A stretch of 64,000 nucleotides of DNA from an uncultured Haloferula sp. (GTDB taxonomy: Bacteria > Verrucomicrobiota > Verrucomicrobiia > Verrucomicrobiales > Akkermansiaceae): positions 128,001 to 192,000 of the forward strand of contig CBFGTS010000002.1 in assembly GCA_965652295.1 (NCBI GenBank). The letters are read 5' to 3'. Shown in pieces: positions 27,001 to 37,101 of the stretch (position 1 is its first letter; each line of letters begins with the position of its first letter). Position numbers and translations under genes: made by a program. The notes beneath the pieces were generated by a model that was not told where the DNA came from, searched no databases, and worked only from the letters and a program-made list of their open reading frames with translations.

Positions 27001-28146
27001 TCAGCTGCCGAAGAATTTCTTCGCCTTCTCGAAAAACGATTCCTGCATCGGCGAATTATGATCCCCGATCGATTCAGCGAACTCAAGTAGCTTGGCCTGC
27101 TGCTCCGAGTTGAGACGCGTGGGCACCTCGACCTGGACCTCGACGTGCAGGTCACCCTTGCGTCCTCCGGAAAGCACCGGCATGCCCCGTTCACGGAGCC
27201 GGAAGAGAGTTCCGCCCTGGGTGCCGGCGGGGATCTTGATCGATGCCTTGCCGTTGAGCGTCGGCACCTCCAGTTCACCCCCGAGCGCGGCGGTGCTGAA
27301 GGGCAACGGCATGCGGCAGAAAAGGTCGTTGCCATCCCGCTCGAACACCTCGTGCTCCCTGACGTGAAGGAAGACGTAGAGATCGCCAGGCGTCCCGCCC
27401 CTCACTCCGGCGTCGCCATTTCCTGAGGAACGCAGGCGGGTGCCGTCGTCGACACCGGCCGGAATGCGGATCTTGATCCGGCTCGGCTTCTGCACCCGGC
27501 CTTCGCCGCCGCAATCCGTGCAGGGATCGGAAATGGTCTCTCCCGTGCCCCGACACTCCGGACAGGTCGTCTGCTGGATGAAAATCCCGGCTTGGCGGGC
27601 GACCACGCCCCGTCCTCCGCAAGTCGTGCACGGGCGGGAGCCGCCTCCGCTGCGGGAACCGGTGGCGTTGCAGGTGGAACACGCCAGATGGTGCTCGATT
27701 TCCAGCTCCTTCTCCGAGCCGCGAGCGGCTTCCTCCAAAGAAATCTCAAGATCGTAGCGCAGGTCGCTGCCCCGCTGTTTCCCGGTCCGCTGGCGACGTC
27801 CGCCGCCGAAAAACTCTTCGAATCCGCCGCCGAACGCGCCGCCGAAGACTTGCGAGAACAAGTCCATCGGATCGTGAAAGCCGCCAAAGCCTCCTCCTCC
27901 GAAACCACCGCCTCCGGCACCGGCGAATGCCGCATGCCCGTACCGGTCGTAGGCGGCGCGCTTATCCGGATCGCTCAGCACCTCATAGGCCTGGCCGAGT
28001 TCCTTGAACTTGTCCTCCGCCGCAGCATCCCCGGGATTCTTGTCCGGGTGGAACTTCACCGCCAGCTTGCGGTAGGCCTTCTTGATCTCCTCCGGACTGG
28101 CTCCTTTCGAAACCCCGAGAACCTCGTAAAAATCGCGGTCTGCCAT
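27001..28146 (-). CDS. dnaJ: Chaperone DnaJ
   Basis: J domain with HPD, G/F region and four CxxCxxxG zinc motifs; start MADRD at 28146. Confidence 0.98.
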   Translation of the reverse strand: MADRDFYEVLGVSKGASPEEIKKAYRKLAVKFHPDKNPGDAAAEDKFKELGQAYEVLSDPDKRAAYDRYGHAAFAGAGGGGFGGGGFGGFHDPMDLFSQVFGGAFGGGFEEFFGGGRRQRTGKQRGSDLRYDLEISLEEAARGSEKELEIEHHLACSTCNATGSRSGGGSRPCTTCGGRGVVARQAGIFIQQTTCPECRGTGETISDPCTDCGGEGRVQKPSRIKIRIPAGVDDGTRLRSSGNGDAGVRGGTPGDLYVFLHVREHEVFERDGNDLFCRMPLPFSTAALGGELEVPTLNGKASIKIPAGTQGGTLFRLRERGMPVLSGGRKGDLHVEVQVEVPTRLNSEQQAKLLEFAESIGDHNSPMQESFFEKAKKFFGS

Positions 28147-28151
28147 GATCT

Positions 28152-28727
28152 TCAGCTCTCGGAGGATTCGGGTGCCTTGGCCACGATCACCGAAGCGGGC
28201 CGCAACAGGCGATCGCGCAGCAGATAACCGCGGCGCGTCACCCGCAGCACGGTGCCCTCTTCGGCCTCGGCAGTCGCCTCCTGGGAGACGGCATCGTGCA
28301 GGTTCGGATCGAAGGGCTTCCCTTCCGCCTCCACCAGGGAAACGCCGCAATTCGTCAGGAAATCGTCGAGCTGCTTGCGGACCATCGACATGCCGACGTA
28401 GACCATCGAATCCTTCTCCTGACCGGCCGCCTGCATGCCCATCTCGAAGTTGTCGAGGATCGGCAGCAACTCTTCCAGCAGCGATTGGTTGGCATAGCGG
28501 ACGGATTCCTCCCGTTCGCGCGCCGCCCGCTTACGGTAGTTTTCAAGGTCCGCCGCGCCACGCATGGCGAGTTCCTTCCATTTCAAAACGTCCTGCTCCA
28601 GAGCCGCAACCGTGTCGAGTTCGTCATTGCCGTTCTCAAAGGGCGCGTCCGCCGCCTCCGGTCGATCACCTTCCACCGCGGCATCCCGGATGTCCTCGGC
28701 GGCTTCCTTGGGTTCGTCAGCTTGCAT
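28152..28727 (-). CDS. grpE: Nucleotide exchange factor GrpE
   Basis: [27 protein letters not shown] and [14 protein letters not shown]. Confidence 0.97.
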   Translation of the reverse strand: MQADEPKEAAEDIRDAAVEGDRPEAADAPFENGNDELDTVAALEQDVLKWKELAMRGAADLENYRKRAAREREESVRYANQSLLEELLPILDNFEMGMQAAGQEKDSMVYVGMSMVRKQLDDFLTNCGVSLVEAEGKPFDPNLHDAVSQEATAEAEEGTVLRVTRRGYLLRDRLLRPASVIVAKAPESSES

Positions 28728-28781
28728 GGCCGCTACCTGTCACGCTCCGCCGATCCCGTCAACCCCCTCGCTCCTTTCCGC

Positions 28782-30224
28782 TCACCGCCGCTCCAGCACC
28801 AACAGGGTGATGTCGTCCATCTGCGGTCCGCCGCCGGCGAAGGATTCCACCTCACGCTGGATCGCCGCCAGGACCGCTTCGGCCCCGAGAGGCGCGGATT
28901 CCAGGAAGGTGGCTTCAAGGCGCTTCATCCCGAATTCCTCCTCATCGTCACCCACCGCCTCTTTCACCCCATCGGTGTAGAAAAGCAGGCAGTCGCCTGA
29001 GGCCATCTCGAAATCCATCGGCCGCGTCACCCGCTCGAAGGCCGGTCCGTCGTCCACTCCGATCGCCAGACCGGGCGGGCGCACCCGCTCGACCGCCCGC
29101 TCGGAGCTGCGGTACCAGAGGGCTGGTTCGTGCCCGGCGCGGACCAGCCGCATCGTCGCGCCATCCGGGGCGATCACTCCGTAAAACAGGCTGATGAACA
29201 TGTCCTCCCGCATGTCCGGGAAAAGCTGGCGGTTGACGATGCCGAGGACCTCGCCGGGATCGCTGCTGCTGTCCGCTTCGGCGCGCAGCACACTGCGGCA
29301 CATCGCCATCATGATGCCGGCCGCCACGCCTTTGCCGGAAACATCGGCGATCACCACGCCGTGGCTCCCATCGCTCAATTTCAAGTAGTCGTAGTAGTCT
29401 CCGCTGATCAGCCGAGCCGGGAGGTTCGTCCCTGCCACCCGGTAGCCCGGGATCACCGGATCGCCCTGCGGCAACAGAATGCGCTGCACCTCGCTGGCGC
29501 TCCGGAGGTCAGTCTCGAACTGTCTTTTCTCCGCCGCTTCGCGATACAGAAGGGCGTTTCCCAACGCAAAGGCCGACTGCTCCGCCGCGGAGCGGAACAC
29601 GGTGAAGTCATTCGGGCTGAACGCGGGCTCGTCGGAATTGCGCGCCACCGCCAAAACGCCGAGGTCCTTGCCGTTGTGACGCAGCGGTGCGATCAGCGCG
29701 GAAACCTCGCCGCCACCGAAGCCAAGGAAGGCATCGCGGAACGCCTCGTGGCTCTTCAAGTCCCGGATGAAGGTCGCTTGCCCGGACTGAAGCACGCCAC
29801 CCAGAATGCCTTGGTCTGAAGGCTGCTGAGCAAGCCGCAGGTGGCTTTCCATCGCCCTCGGATCTTTCTTCGCCCGGCGGATCACCTCCAGAGGCACGCC
29901 GACGAGCGGCGGGCAGTTGTCGGAAATGTGCTTCGGCTGGAGGAACTCGCCGCTGTCGTCCAAAAGATAGACGGCCCCGCCACGGGAGCCGACCACGCCT
30001 GTCACGCCCTCGACGATCACCCGGTAGAGACCGATCTGGCCGGATTCCCTGCTGATCGCCTCGCCGAGGTCGTGCAGGAAATCGAACATGCGGGCTTCCT
30101 CGTCCTCGAACGCCTTCAGCTGGCGGCGCTTGCGCAACAACCGACGGCGCAGCCGCCCGATCAGCAGCAGGCAGATGACCAGTGCGATGGCTTGAGCGAG
30201 ATGCCCGTGGAGCGCTTCCATCAC
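28782..30224 (-). CDS. GAF-domain PP2C/SpoIIE (RsbU-like) phosphatase with N-terminal TM
   Basis: VQRILLP, SGDYYD, IADVSGKG, AGHEP, YTDGV and DDITL. Confidence 0.93.
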   Translation of the reverse strand: MMEALHGHLAQAIALVICLLLIGRLRRRLLRKRRQLKAFEDEEARMFDFLHDLGEAISRESGQIGLYRVIVEGVTGVVGSRGGAVYLLDDSGEFLQPKHISDNCPPLVGVPLEVIRRAKKDPRAMESHLRLAQQPSDQGILGGVLQSGQATFIRDLKSHEAFRDAFLGFGGGEVSALIAPLRHNGKDLGVLAVARNSDEPAFSPNDFTVFRSAAEQSAFALGNALLYREAAEKRQFETDLRSASEVQRILLPQGDPVIPGYRVAGTNLPARLISGDYYDYLKLSDGSHGVVIADVSGKGVAAGIMMAMCRSVLRAEADSSSDPGEVLGIVNRQLFPDMREDMFISLFYGVIAPDGATMRLVRAGHEPALWYRSSERAVERVRPPGLAIGVDDGPAFERVTRPMDFEMASGDCLLFYTDGVKEAVGDDEEEFGMKRLEATFLESAPLGAEAVLAAIQREVESFAGGGPQMDDITLLVLERR

Positions 30225-30751
30225 TTGTCGTCCGCCTTGTCCGGAGGCACTTGCTTCTCAAGCACGTCGAGGACGTTCTTGAAACGCTGGGCGTTTTCGT
30301 CGCTGGTCGAAGCCAGGTTGCGATGGGCGTCCAGCACGTGCTTCGCCCGTTCGCCCAGACCCTGCTGGCTCTTCGGCACGTAGGGTTTCAATTCCGCCCG
30401 GATCTCATCCACTTGACCGCGCCAGCTTGCTTCCGGAGGCTCGATCTCAAGGAGATAATCGAGCCCGAGGTCCTCCAGAGACTGCCGGTTCTTCGGGCCC
30501 GGCGTGGCGATCTGGACACCTCCGCCGGAGCGGCGAAGCCGGGTCGAAAGGCCGGCCAGCGTGCCCATGAAGGTCGAGTCCATCCCGCTGCATGCCTGGA
30601 GGTCGATCACGAAACGCTTCTCTCCCCGGTTCTCTGCGTTCTGGGCGCAGTCTTTCAGCGCGGGGCTCTGGACGAACGAGCCTTTGCCCTCGCATCGGAT
30701 CCAAGTGAACCCGTCGAAGGTTCTCCAATAAATGGCGGTCTGATCGTTCAC
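30221..30751 (-). CDS. STAS-domain anti-sigma-factor antagonist
   Basis: GTG 30751; VIDLQACSGMDSTFMGTL (phospho-Ser motif); ATGA overlap with the PP2C gene. Confidence 0.88.
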   Translation of the reverse strand: MNDQTAIYWRTFDGFTWIRCEGKGSFVQSPALKDCAQNAENRGEKRFVIDLQACSGMDSTFMGTLAGLSTRLRRSGGGVQIATPGPKNRQSLEDLGLDYLLEIEPPEASWRGQVDEIRAELKPYVPKSQQGLGERAKHVLDAHRNLASTSDENAQRFKNVLDVLEKQVPPDKADDK

Positions 30752-30828
30752 GAAATCCTTTCCGCCGACGCGGCGAAACTTGCTGCAAGCTATGCCCGGG
30801 CGCGGCTGACGGTCAACCATCCATCCAT

Positions 30829-31602
30829 TTACCAGAGACCGGTTTTCCCCGTCGCCATCACAAACCACCCCATCAGCCCGTTCGCCACCGCATGCATGAT
30901 CACGCAGGCTCCGAGATTCCGACTCCACACGGTCAGCAGGTAGGTCAGCGAGCCGTAAACCAGAGCCCCGCTGTAATCGACCGGGGCGTGGGCGATCACA
31001 AACGCCCCCGTGACCACGGCGAAGGTCGGCCATGTGTGCTTGCCGAAAGGCTGCAACCAATAGCGACCACTCCAATCCGCAACCAACCGCATCAGGAACG
31101 AGCGCCAGAAAATCTCCTCGACCAGCGCCACCACCACCGCCGCGCGGACGAAGCGCAGGATCACCGCCGCCCACCAGGCCGTCCCTCCTTCGATGAAATG
31201 CTCGCTGGGATCGAAGCCGTTTTTCCGGTCCTCCACACCCAGCCACGTCCACCAGCCCTCTCCCTCCGGCTGCCAGCGGTCCCAGATCAAAGTCGGCAGC
31301 AGCCAGAAGCCGATCCCGATTGCCCCAAATACCGCGCCGATTACGGCCCAGCGCAGGTTCCAGTGAAATTCGTAGCTCCGCCACCACCACGCCAACAGCA
31401 CGAGGCAGACCACTGTTTGAAGAGGATAGATCCAGTGCTCCGGAGCCTTGCGCCACCACGGTGCACTCGGCAGATCGGATGCGAAAAAACTGCCCGCCAC
31501 CTGGAGCAGCAGCAGAAAGCCCATGAACACGGCGAAGGGCGCCACCTGCCGCCGGATCCACGTTTCGTGGTCGTTGACCCGGATTTCGTCGGCCCGGCTC
31601 AT
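30829..31602 (-). CDS. CAAX prenyl protease-related (CPBP/Abi) membrane protein
   Basis: VEEIFWRSFL, FVIAH and HAVAN motifs; multiple TMs. Confidence 0.9.
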   Translation of the reverse strand: MSRADEIRVNDHETWIRRQVAPFAVFMGFLLLLQVAGSFFASDLPSAPWWRKAPEHWIYPLQTVVCLVLLAWWWRSYEFHWNLRWAVIGAVFGAIGIGFWLLPTLIWDRWQPEGEGWWTWLGVEDRKNGFDPSEHFIEGGTAWWAAVILRFVRAAVVVALVEEIFWRSFLMRLVADWSGRYWLQPFGKHTWPTFAVVTGAFVIAHAPVDYSGALVYGSLTYLLTVWSRNLGACVIMHAVANGLMGWFVMATGKTGLW

Positions 31603-31605
31603 GGG

Positions 31606-32772
31606 TCAGAGACGGCCAACGAAGGCCTGCATCTTGTCCATCGCCACCTGGAGGTCCTCAAACGCCGTCGCGTAGCAGCAACGCAGGAAACCCTCGCCGC
31701 TCTCCCCGAAGGCGCTTCCCGGCACCGCCGCGACGCCCTCTTCCTCCAGCAGGCGCATGGCGAAATCCTTGCTGCCGAGGCCGGTTTCCCGGATGTCGGG
31801 AAAGACGTAGAACGCCCCGCCCGGTGAATGGCAGCTCAGGCCCATCTCGTTGAGACGTTTCACCAGGAAGTCCCGGCGCAGACGGTAGCTGTCGCGCATC
31901 TCCCCGACCGCCGGCAGCCCGTTCTCCAGCGCCTCGATCGCCGCCACCTGGCTGGTGATCGGCGCACAGAGCATCGAATACTGGTGGATCTTCATCATCG
32001 CCTCGATGATCGGCTGCGGCGCACAGGCGTAGCCGAGTCGGAAGCCGGTCATCGCGAAAGCCTTGGAAAAGCCATGCAACAGCACCGTGCGCTCGCGCAT
32101 CCCTGGCAGCGAGGCGATCGAAATGTGGGGCTCGTCGAGGTCGTAGCGAAGTTCCGAATAAATCTCATCGGTCAGGACGATCAGGTCGTGCTCGATGCAC
32201 AACTTCGCGATCCCCTCCAAGTCCTCGCGGGACGCCGTCGCACCGGTCGGATTGGTCGGGAAATTCAGCATCAGTACCCGGCTCTGCGGGGTGATCGCCG
32301 CGGCCAGCGCTTCGGGTTTTAGCGAAAAACCATCGTGCTTCCGGGTCTTGACGCCCACTGCCTTGCCGTAGGCCATGACGATACTCGGCGAGTAGGAAAC
32401 GTAGCAGGGCTCGTGGTAAATGACTTCTTCGCCCGGGTTGATCAGCGCCCGCAGTGCGAGGTCGATCGCCTCCGACACACCGACGGTCACGAGCACCTCG
32501 CCGATGTCGTATTTCACTCCGAAAAAGCTGTCCACGTATCCGACGATCGATTTCCGCAACGCCGGCAGACCGAGGTTTGAAGTGTAGCTCGTCTGACCTT
32601 TCTCCAGCGAATAGATGGCGGCCTCGCGGATGTTCCATGGAGTCACGAAATCCGGCTCGCCCACGCCGAGCGAGATGATGCCCTCGCGGCCTTGGACGAG
32701 TTCGAAGAAATCACGGATGCCCGAGCGCGGCACGGCGGCCACCTGGCGGGCGATTTTCTGGGAGTAATCCAT
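31606..32772 (-). CDS. Class I/II PLP aminotransferase
   Basis: LGVGEPDF, NFPTNPTG, TDEIY, GFSKAFAMTGFRLG and VPGSAFG. Confidence 0.96.
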   Translation of the reverse strand: MDYSQKIARQVAAVPRSGIRDFFELVQGREGIISLGVGEPDFVTPWNIREAAIYSLEKGQTSYTSNLGLPALRKSIVGYVDSFFGVKYDIGEVLVTVGVSEAIDLALRALINPGEEVIYHEPCYVSYSPSIVMAYGKAVGVKTRKHDGFSLKPEALAAAITPQSRVLMLNFPTNPTGATASREDLEGIAKLCIEHDLIVLTDEIYSELRYDLDEPHISIASLPGMRERTVLLHGFSKAFAMTGFRLGYACAPQPIIEAMMKIHQYSMLCAPITSQVAAIEALENGLPAVGEMRDSYRLRRDFLVKRLNEMGLSCHSPGGAFYVFPDIRETGLGSKDFAMRLLEEEGVAAVPGSAFGESGEGFLRCCYATAFEDLQVAMDKMQAFVGRL

Positions 32773-32834
32773 GGGAAGTTAGCCCTTTCGCACGGGCGCG
32801 GCCTTTCTAGTCCCCCGCCCGTTTCCTGCAATCC

Positions 32835-33752
32835 TCAATCCTCCATACTTAGGAACTCGCGCACCTCCCGCGCCAGCTCACGTGGCGCTTCCTCGGGTGC
32901 CACATGGCCGACGTTTTCCAGCACCACCACGGAAATGCCGAGCCTCCCGGCAGGCAAGGTCTCCGGCGGCGTGATCGCATCGCCCGCACCCGCCACCATC
33001 AAGACCGGCTGGTGGATCTCATCCAGCTCCACCCGCCCGTCGCGAATCCGCTCGATCGATGACCCGAACCCCCGATAAGCCCGGTGCAGGCCCTCGACGA
33101 GAAGCTGCCGGTGATACTCCGCCATCGTCTCCTCAGAGAGATGATCCGGCTGAAAATAAGCGCGCTCGTAGAGCCCACGGAGCCTTGAGCGATCGCATAC
33201 CAACCCGCGTGCGAAAGGATAGAGCAACTCGCGGGCGACGGCACTGCGCAGGATCGAGTCCGGTGGGATGTCCATATTCAGCGCCGGGCTGACGAGTATC
33301 AGCCGACGGATCTTTTCCGGATGCGCGGCCGCCAGGCGCAACGCCAGCTCGCAGCCGTAGGAATGCGCCACGACGTCCACCGGGCCGCGCGTCTTCATTT
33401 CGAGAAACTTCGTCAGCATCGCCGCCTGTCCTGCCGGGTGATAGAGGGCCGCCCCGCGCGGCCGCTCGCTGTAGCCGAAGCCCCGCAAATCCGGCGCGAG
33501 CACCCGGCGCTTTCCCGCCAGCAGCGGCCCGAGGTCGTGGAACACGTGGCTCGATTGACCGAAGCCGTGGATCAGCAGGATCGATCGTTCACCGTGTCCC
33601 CATTCTTTGAAATGCACGGCAGCCCCGTCGATCTCCACGAACTCTCGCTGCGGCAGAGCCGCCCGGATGTCCGCAAACGGCGTCAAGGGACAGCAGCCCC
33701 CCGCCAGCAGTCCCAGCACGAGCGCAACTCCACGCCATCCGTCCGGTTTCAC
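32835..33752 (-). CDS. Alpha/beta hydrolase, probable lipoprotein
   Basis: GTG 33752 with signal ending LAGGC; IHGFG, DLRGFGYS, AHSYG nucleophile elbow and GHVAPEE. Confidence 0.85.
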   Translation of the reverse strand: MKPDGWRGVALVLGLLAGGCCPLTPFADIRAALPQREFVEIDGAAVHFKEWGHGERSILLIHGFGQSSHVFHDLGPLLAGKRRVLAPDLRGFGYSERPRGAALYHPAGQAAMLTKFLEMKTRGPVDVVAHSYGCELALRLAAAHPEKIRRLILVSPALNMDIPPDSILRSAVARELLYPFARGLVCDRSRLRGLYERAYFQPDHLSEETMAEYHRQLLVEGLHRAYRGFGSSIERIRDGRVELDEIHQPVLMVAGAGDAITPPETLPAGRLGISVVVLENVGHVAPEEAPRELAREVREFLSMED

Positions 33753-33853
33753 ACCCCACTCCCTCGGCCAACCGCCGCCCTGCGGCAAGGTTTTGCGCGT
33801 AACGGAGGCATCCACCGCTAGACCCCCTACCCAACCGACCGTAGAAGCCCGAC

Positions 33854-36800
33854 ATGATTCGCTGGTTCGCGCGCAACGACATCGCGGCAAACTTCCTGAT
33901 GATCGCCATCCTCCTCCTCGGGGTCTGGACGGCGAAAACCCGCGTGCCGCTGGAGGTCCAGCCAAGCATGAAGTTCAACGAGGTGCTCGTTCACGTCGAT
34001 TACCGCGGCGGTGCCCCGGAAGACGTGGAGCGCGGCGTGATCGTCCCGATCGAACTCGCACTCGAAGGTTTGACCGGGGTCAAGCGGATCGAATCCCGAG
34101 CCCGCGCGAATTTCGGCGAGGTGAAAATCATCGGCCAGGATCACATCGATCCCGTCGAGCTGATGGATGAGGTCCAGCTCCGGGTCGACGCCATCGTCAC
34201 GCTGCCCCAGGAAATCGAGCCGCCGCGGGTCTTCGTGCCGGATACGGCGAAATGGATGGACGTCATCAAGGTCGCCATCACCGGCGACATGGAGATCGAG
34301 GATCTGATCAAGGCCGCCCGCCGGGTGCGCGATGATTTGCAGGAACTTTCCGGTATTTCCCAAGCGGCCATTCAGGGCGAAGCACGGCAGGAAATCGCCA
34401 TCGAAGCCGACCTCGCCCGCCTGCGCGACTACGATCTCAGCTTCACCGACCTCGCGGACGCGATCCGCCGTTCGTCGATCGATCAGCCCGCCGGGCGGAT
34501 CCAAACCGATGAAGGGGCGATGATCATCCGCTCCAAAGGCCAGGCCTTCAGCAAGGACGAGTTCGAGAACATCGTCATCTCCAACAACGAAGGCTCCAAC
34601 GTGAAGCTGGAGGAGGTCGCCAAGGTGACTGACGGCTTCGAAGAAGGCGGCAAAATCATGCGCTTCAACGGCCGCCCCGCCCTGCTCGTCGAAGTCCTGC
34701 GCCTCAACGAGGAAAACGCGCTCGATATCGCCGACAAGGTGAAGGGCTACGTCGATACCCAACGCGAGCGCTTTCCCGACGGCATCGAGCTCTACATCTG
34801 GGACGACAGCTCGGTGGAGCTTCGCGGCCGTCTCGGCACGCTCTTCAACAGCATGCTGCAGGGAGGTCTCCTGGTCCTGGTAGTGCTCGGGCTGTTTCTC
34901 CGCCCCCGGCTGGCACTGTGGGTCGTGATCGGCATTCCGGTCGCCTTCGCCGGCGGACTACTCATGATGCCGTACTTCGGCATGACGCTGAACTCGATGA
35001 GCGTCTTCGGTTTCATCATCGTCATCGGGCTGGTGGTCGATGACGCCATCGTCACCGCGGAGAACGTCTACACCAAGCTCCGCAACGGCGAGGACCCCGT
35101 GACCGCCGCGGTCGATGGGGCCAAGGAAGTCGCCGTGCCGGTGACCTTCGGCGCACTCACCACCATCGTCGCCTTCCTGCCCCTGCTCGGGTTCGACGGC
35201 TTCTACGGGAACTACACCAAGCAGATTCCTCCGATCGTCGCCGCGGTTCTGGTTTTCTCCCTGATCGAGACCAAGCTCGCCCTGCCCTGCCACCTCAAGC
35301 ACATCCCGGTCGGACGCACGAACCTCGGCCCCTTCGCCCGTTTTCAGAAAGCCATCGCCGACGGTCTTGAGTCGTTCATCGAGCGCTTCTACCGCCCGTC
35401 ACTGGAATCCGCCACCCGGCACCGCTACACCACCATCGCCGTGTTCATCGCCATCGCGATGTGCTCGTTCGGTCTCGTGAAAAGCGGCCGTCTCGGATTC
35501 GTGAACATGCCCTCGATGGACCGCAACCGCATCTTTGCCCGTGTGCAGATGCCTCGCGATACGCCGATCGAAGTCACCGATGAGCGCGTGAAACGGGTCG
35601 TCGCCGCGGTGGATCAACTCAAGGGCGAGTTCATCGATCCCGGGACCGGCAAGTCGCTCATCGAGGACGTGCTGACGAGCTCCGGCGGCCACCCCGGCCG
35701 GCCGTGGGCCGACCCGCGCGAAGGTTTCGTGATCCTTTCGGTCGTCGATCCCGGCATGCGCAGCGAGCCCGGACCGAAGAACAGCGACATCGCCAAGCGC
35801 TGGCTGGAACTGGTCGGCGAGATCCCCGACGCCCAGTCATTCTGGATTTCCGGTGAACGCGGCGGAGGCGGCGGCGACGACGACATGGAGGAACTCCGGC
35901 TCGAACTCCGCGGCCCCGAAGGCGAACTCAAGGCCGATCTGGCCGACCTCATCGTCGAGGAAATCGAAGCCTACGAAGGCATCGCCGACTCATGGAGCGA
36001 TCAGGGTCGGGTGAGGCCGGAAATCCACGTCAGCCTCAAGCCGGAGGGCGAATCGCTGGGCCTCGCGCAACGCGACATCGGTGCCCAGATCCGTTCCGCC
36101 TTCTTCGGCGAGCAGGCGCAGCGCGTCCAGCGCGGGCGCGACGACGTCCGGGTGATGGTCCGGCTGCCGTTGGAGCAGCGCCAGTCCCTGCATACGCTCG
36201 AGGACCTGCGGATCCGCACCCCCGATGGCGGCAACGCACCGCTCAAGACCGTGGCCACCGTTTCCCTGCAAAATGCCAGATCCGACATCTACCGCGTCGA
36301 TGGCGCGCAGGTCACCGGCATCGGCGCGAAGCCGGTCGATGAGAACGTCGACATCATCGCAATCGCCCGTGACGTCGGCCCGCGGCTCGACGCGTTGCTC
36401 AACAAACACCCCGAGTATTCCTGGCGCTACACCGGCTACGTCCAGGAGCATGAGGAAACCGGCCACCGCGTTTATCTCGCGGGCATCGCGCTCTTCCTCG
36501 CGCTCTACGCCCTGCTGGCCGTCCCCTTCAAATCGCTCATCCAACCCTTCGTCGTCCTGCTCGCCGTACCGTTCGGCATCATCGGAGCCCTCGCCGGCCA
36601 CCTGATCCTCGATCTCACTCCTTCCTACCTCTCGATCTTCGGCATGCTCGCCCTGGCCGGAGTCGTGGTGAACGATTCGCTGGTCATGGTCGACTTCGCC
36701 AACCAACGACGTCGGTCCGGAGACATGAGCATCCAAGCGGTCACCGATGCCGGCAGCCGCCGCTTCCGGCCAATTCTGCTCACCTCGCTTACCACCTTCG

Positions 36801-37039
36801 TCGGACTTCTGCCCCTGATGCTCGATCCTTCCTTGCAGGCCCAATTCCTTATTCCGATGGCGGTCTCGCTGGGCTTCGGCATCCTGTTCGCGACTTTCAT
36901 CACCCTCTACCTCATCCCCTCCGGCTACCTCGTGGCGGAGGACATCGTGAACCTCTTCCAACGCGGCTGGAGCTGGTACCGCCGGCCGTTCCAGAGTGAG
37001 GATAAGCCTCCGAGCAAGAGCGTTCCGGACCCAGGTTGA
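33854..37039 (+). CDS. RND (AcrB/AcrD/AcrF family) inner-membrane transporter
   Basis: 1061 aa; GLVVDDAIV, GVVVNDSLV, RFRPILLTSLTT and PMAVSLGFG. Confidence 0.95.
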   Translation: MIRWFARNDIAANFLMIAILLLGVWTAKTRVPLEVQPSMKFNEVLVHVDYRGGAPEDVERGVIVPIELALEGLTGVKRIESRARANFGEVKIIGQDHIDPVELMDEVQLRVDAIVTLPQEIEPPRVFVPDTAKWMDVIKVAITGDMEIEDLIKAARRVRDDLQELSGISQAAIQGEARQEIAIEADLARLRDYDLSFTDLADAIRRSSIDQPAGRIQTDEGAMIIRSKGQAFSKDEFENIVISNNEGSNVKLEEVAKVTDGFEEGGKIMRFNGRPALLVEVLRLNEENALDIADKVKGYVDTQRERFPDGIELYIWDDSSVELRGRLGTLFNSMLQGGLLVLVVLGLFLRPRLALWVVIGIPVAFAGGLLMMPYFGMTLNSMSVFGFIIVIGLVVDDAIVTAENVYTKLRNGEDPVTAAVDGAKEVAVPVTFGALTTIVAFLPLLGFDGFYGNYTKQIPPIVAAVLVFSLIETKLALPCHLKHIPVGRTNLGPFARFQKAIADGLESFIERFYRPSLESATRHRYTTIAVFIAIAMCSFGLVKSGRLGFVNMPSMDRNRIFARVQMPRDTPIEVTDERVKRVVAAVDQLKGEFIDPGTGKSLIEDVLTSSGGHPGRPWADPREGFVILSVVDPGMRSEPGPKNSDIAKRWLELVGEIPDAQSFWISGERGGGGGDDDMEELRLELRGPEGELKADLADLIVEEIEAYEGIADSWSDQGRVRPEIHVSLKPEGESLGLAQRDIGAQIRSAFFGEQAQRVQRGRDDVRVMVRLPLEQRQSLHTLEDLRIRTPDGGNAPLKTVATVSLQNARSDIYRVDGAQVTGIGAKPVDENVDIIAIARDVGPRLDALLNKHPEYSWRYTGYVQEHEETGHRVYLAGIALFLALYALLAVPFKSLIQPFVVLLAVPFGIIGALAGHLILDLTPSYLSIFGMLALAGVVVNDSLVMVDFANQRRRSGDMSIQAVTDAGSRRFRPILLTSLTTFVGLLPLMLDPSLQAQFLIPMAVSLGFGILFATFITLYLIPSGYLVAEDIVNLFQRGWSWYRRPFQSEDKPPSKSVPDPG

Positions 37040-37058
37040 ATCTCAAAGCCCGCTCGCT

Positions 37059-37092
37059 TTCGGAGTGCTCCGACATGTCGGAACACTCCGAA
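37059..37092. repeat. 34-bp near-perfect palindrome between convergent genes (REP-like)
   Basis: TTCGGAGTG-C-TCCGACA|TGTCGGA-A-CACTCCGAA; one mismatch and no loop. Confidence 0.75.
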
Positions 37093-37101
37093 GCCCTTCC
37101 G

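Noticed and set aside
30221..31561. 446-aa track ORF suggesting a long STAS fusion
   Set aside because: The N-terminal part overlaps the CAAX protease gene in another frame; the STAS domain starts at GTG 30751.
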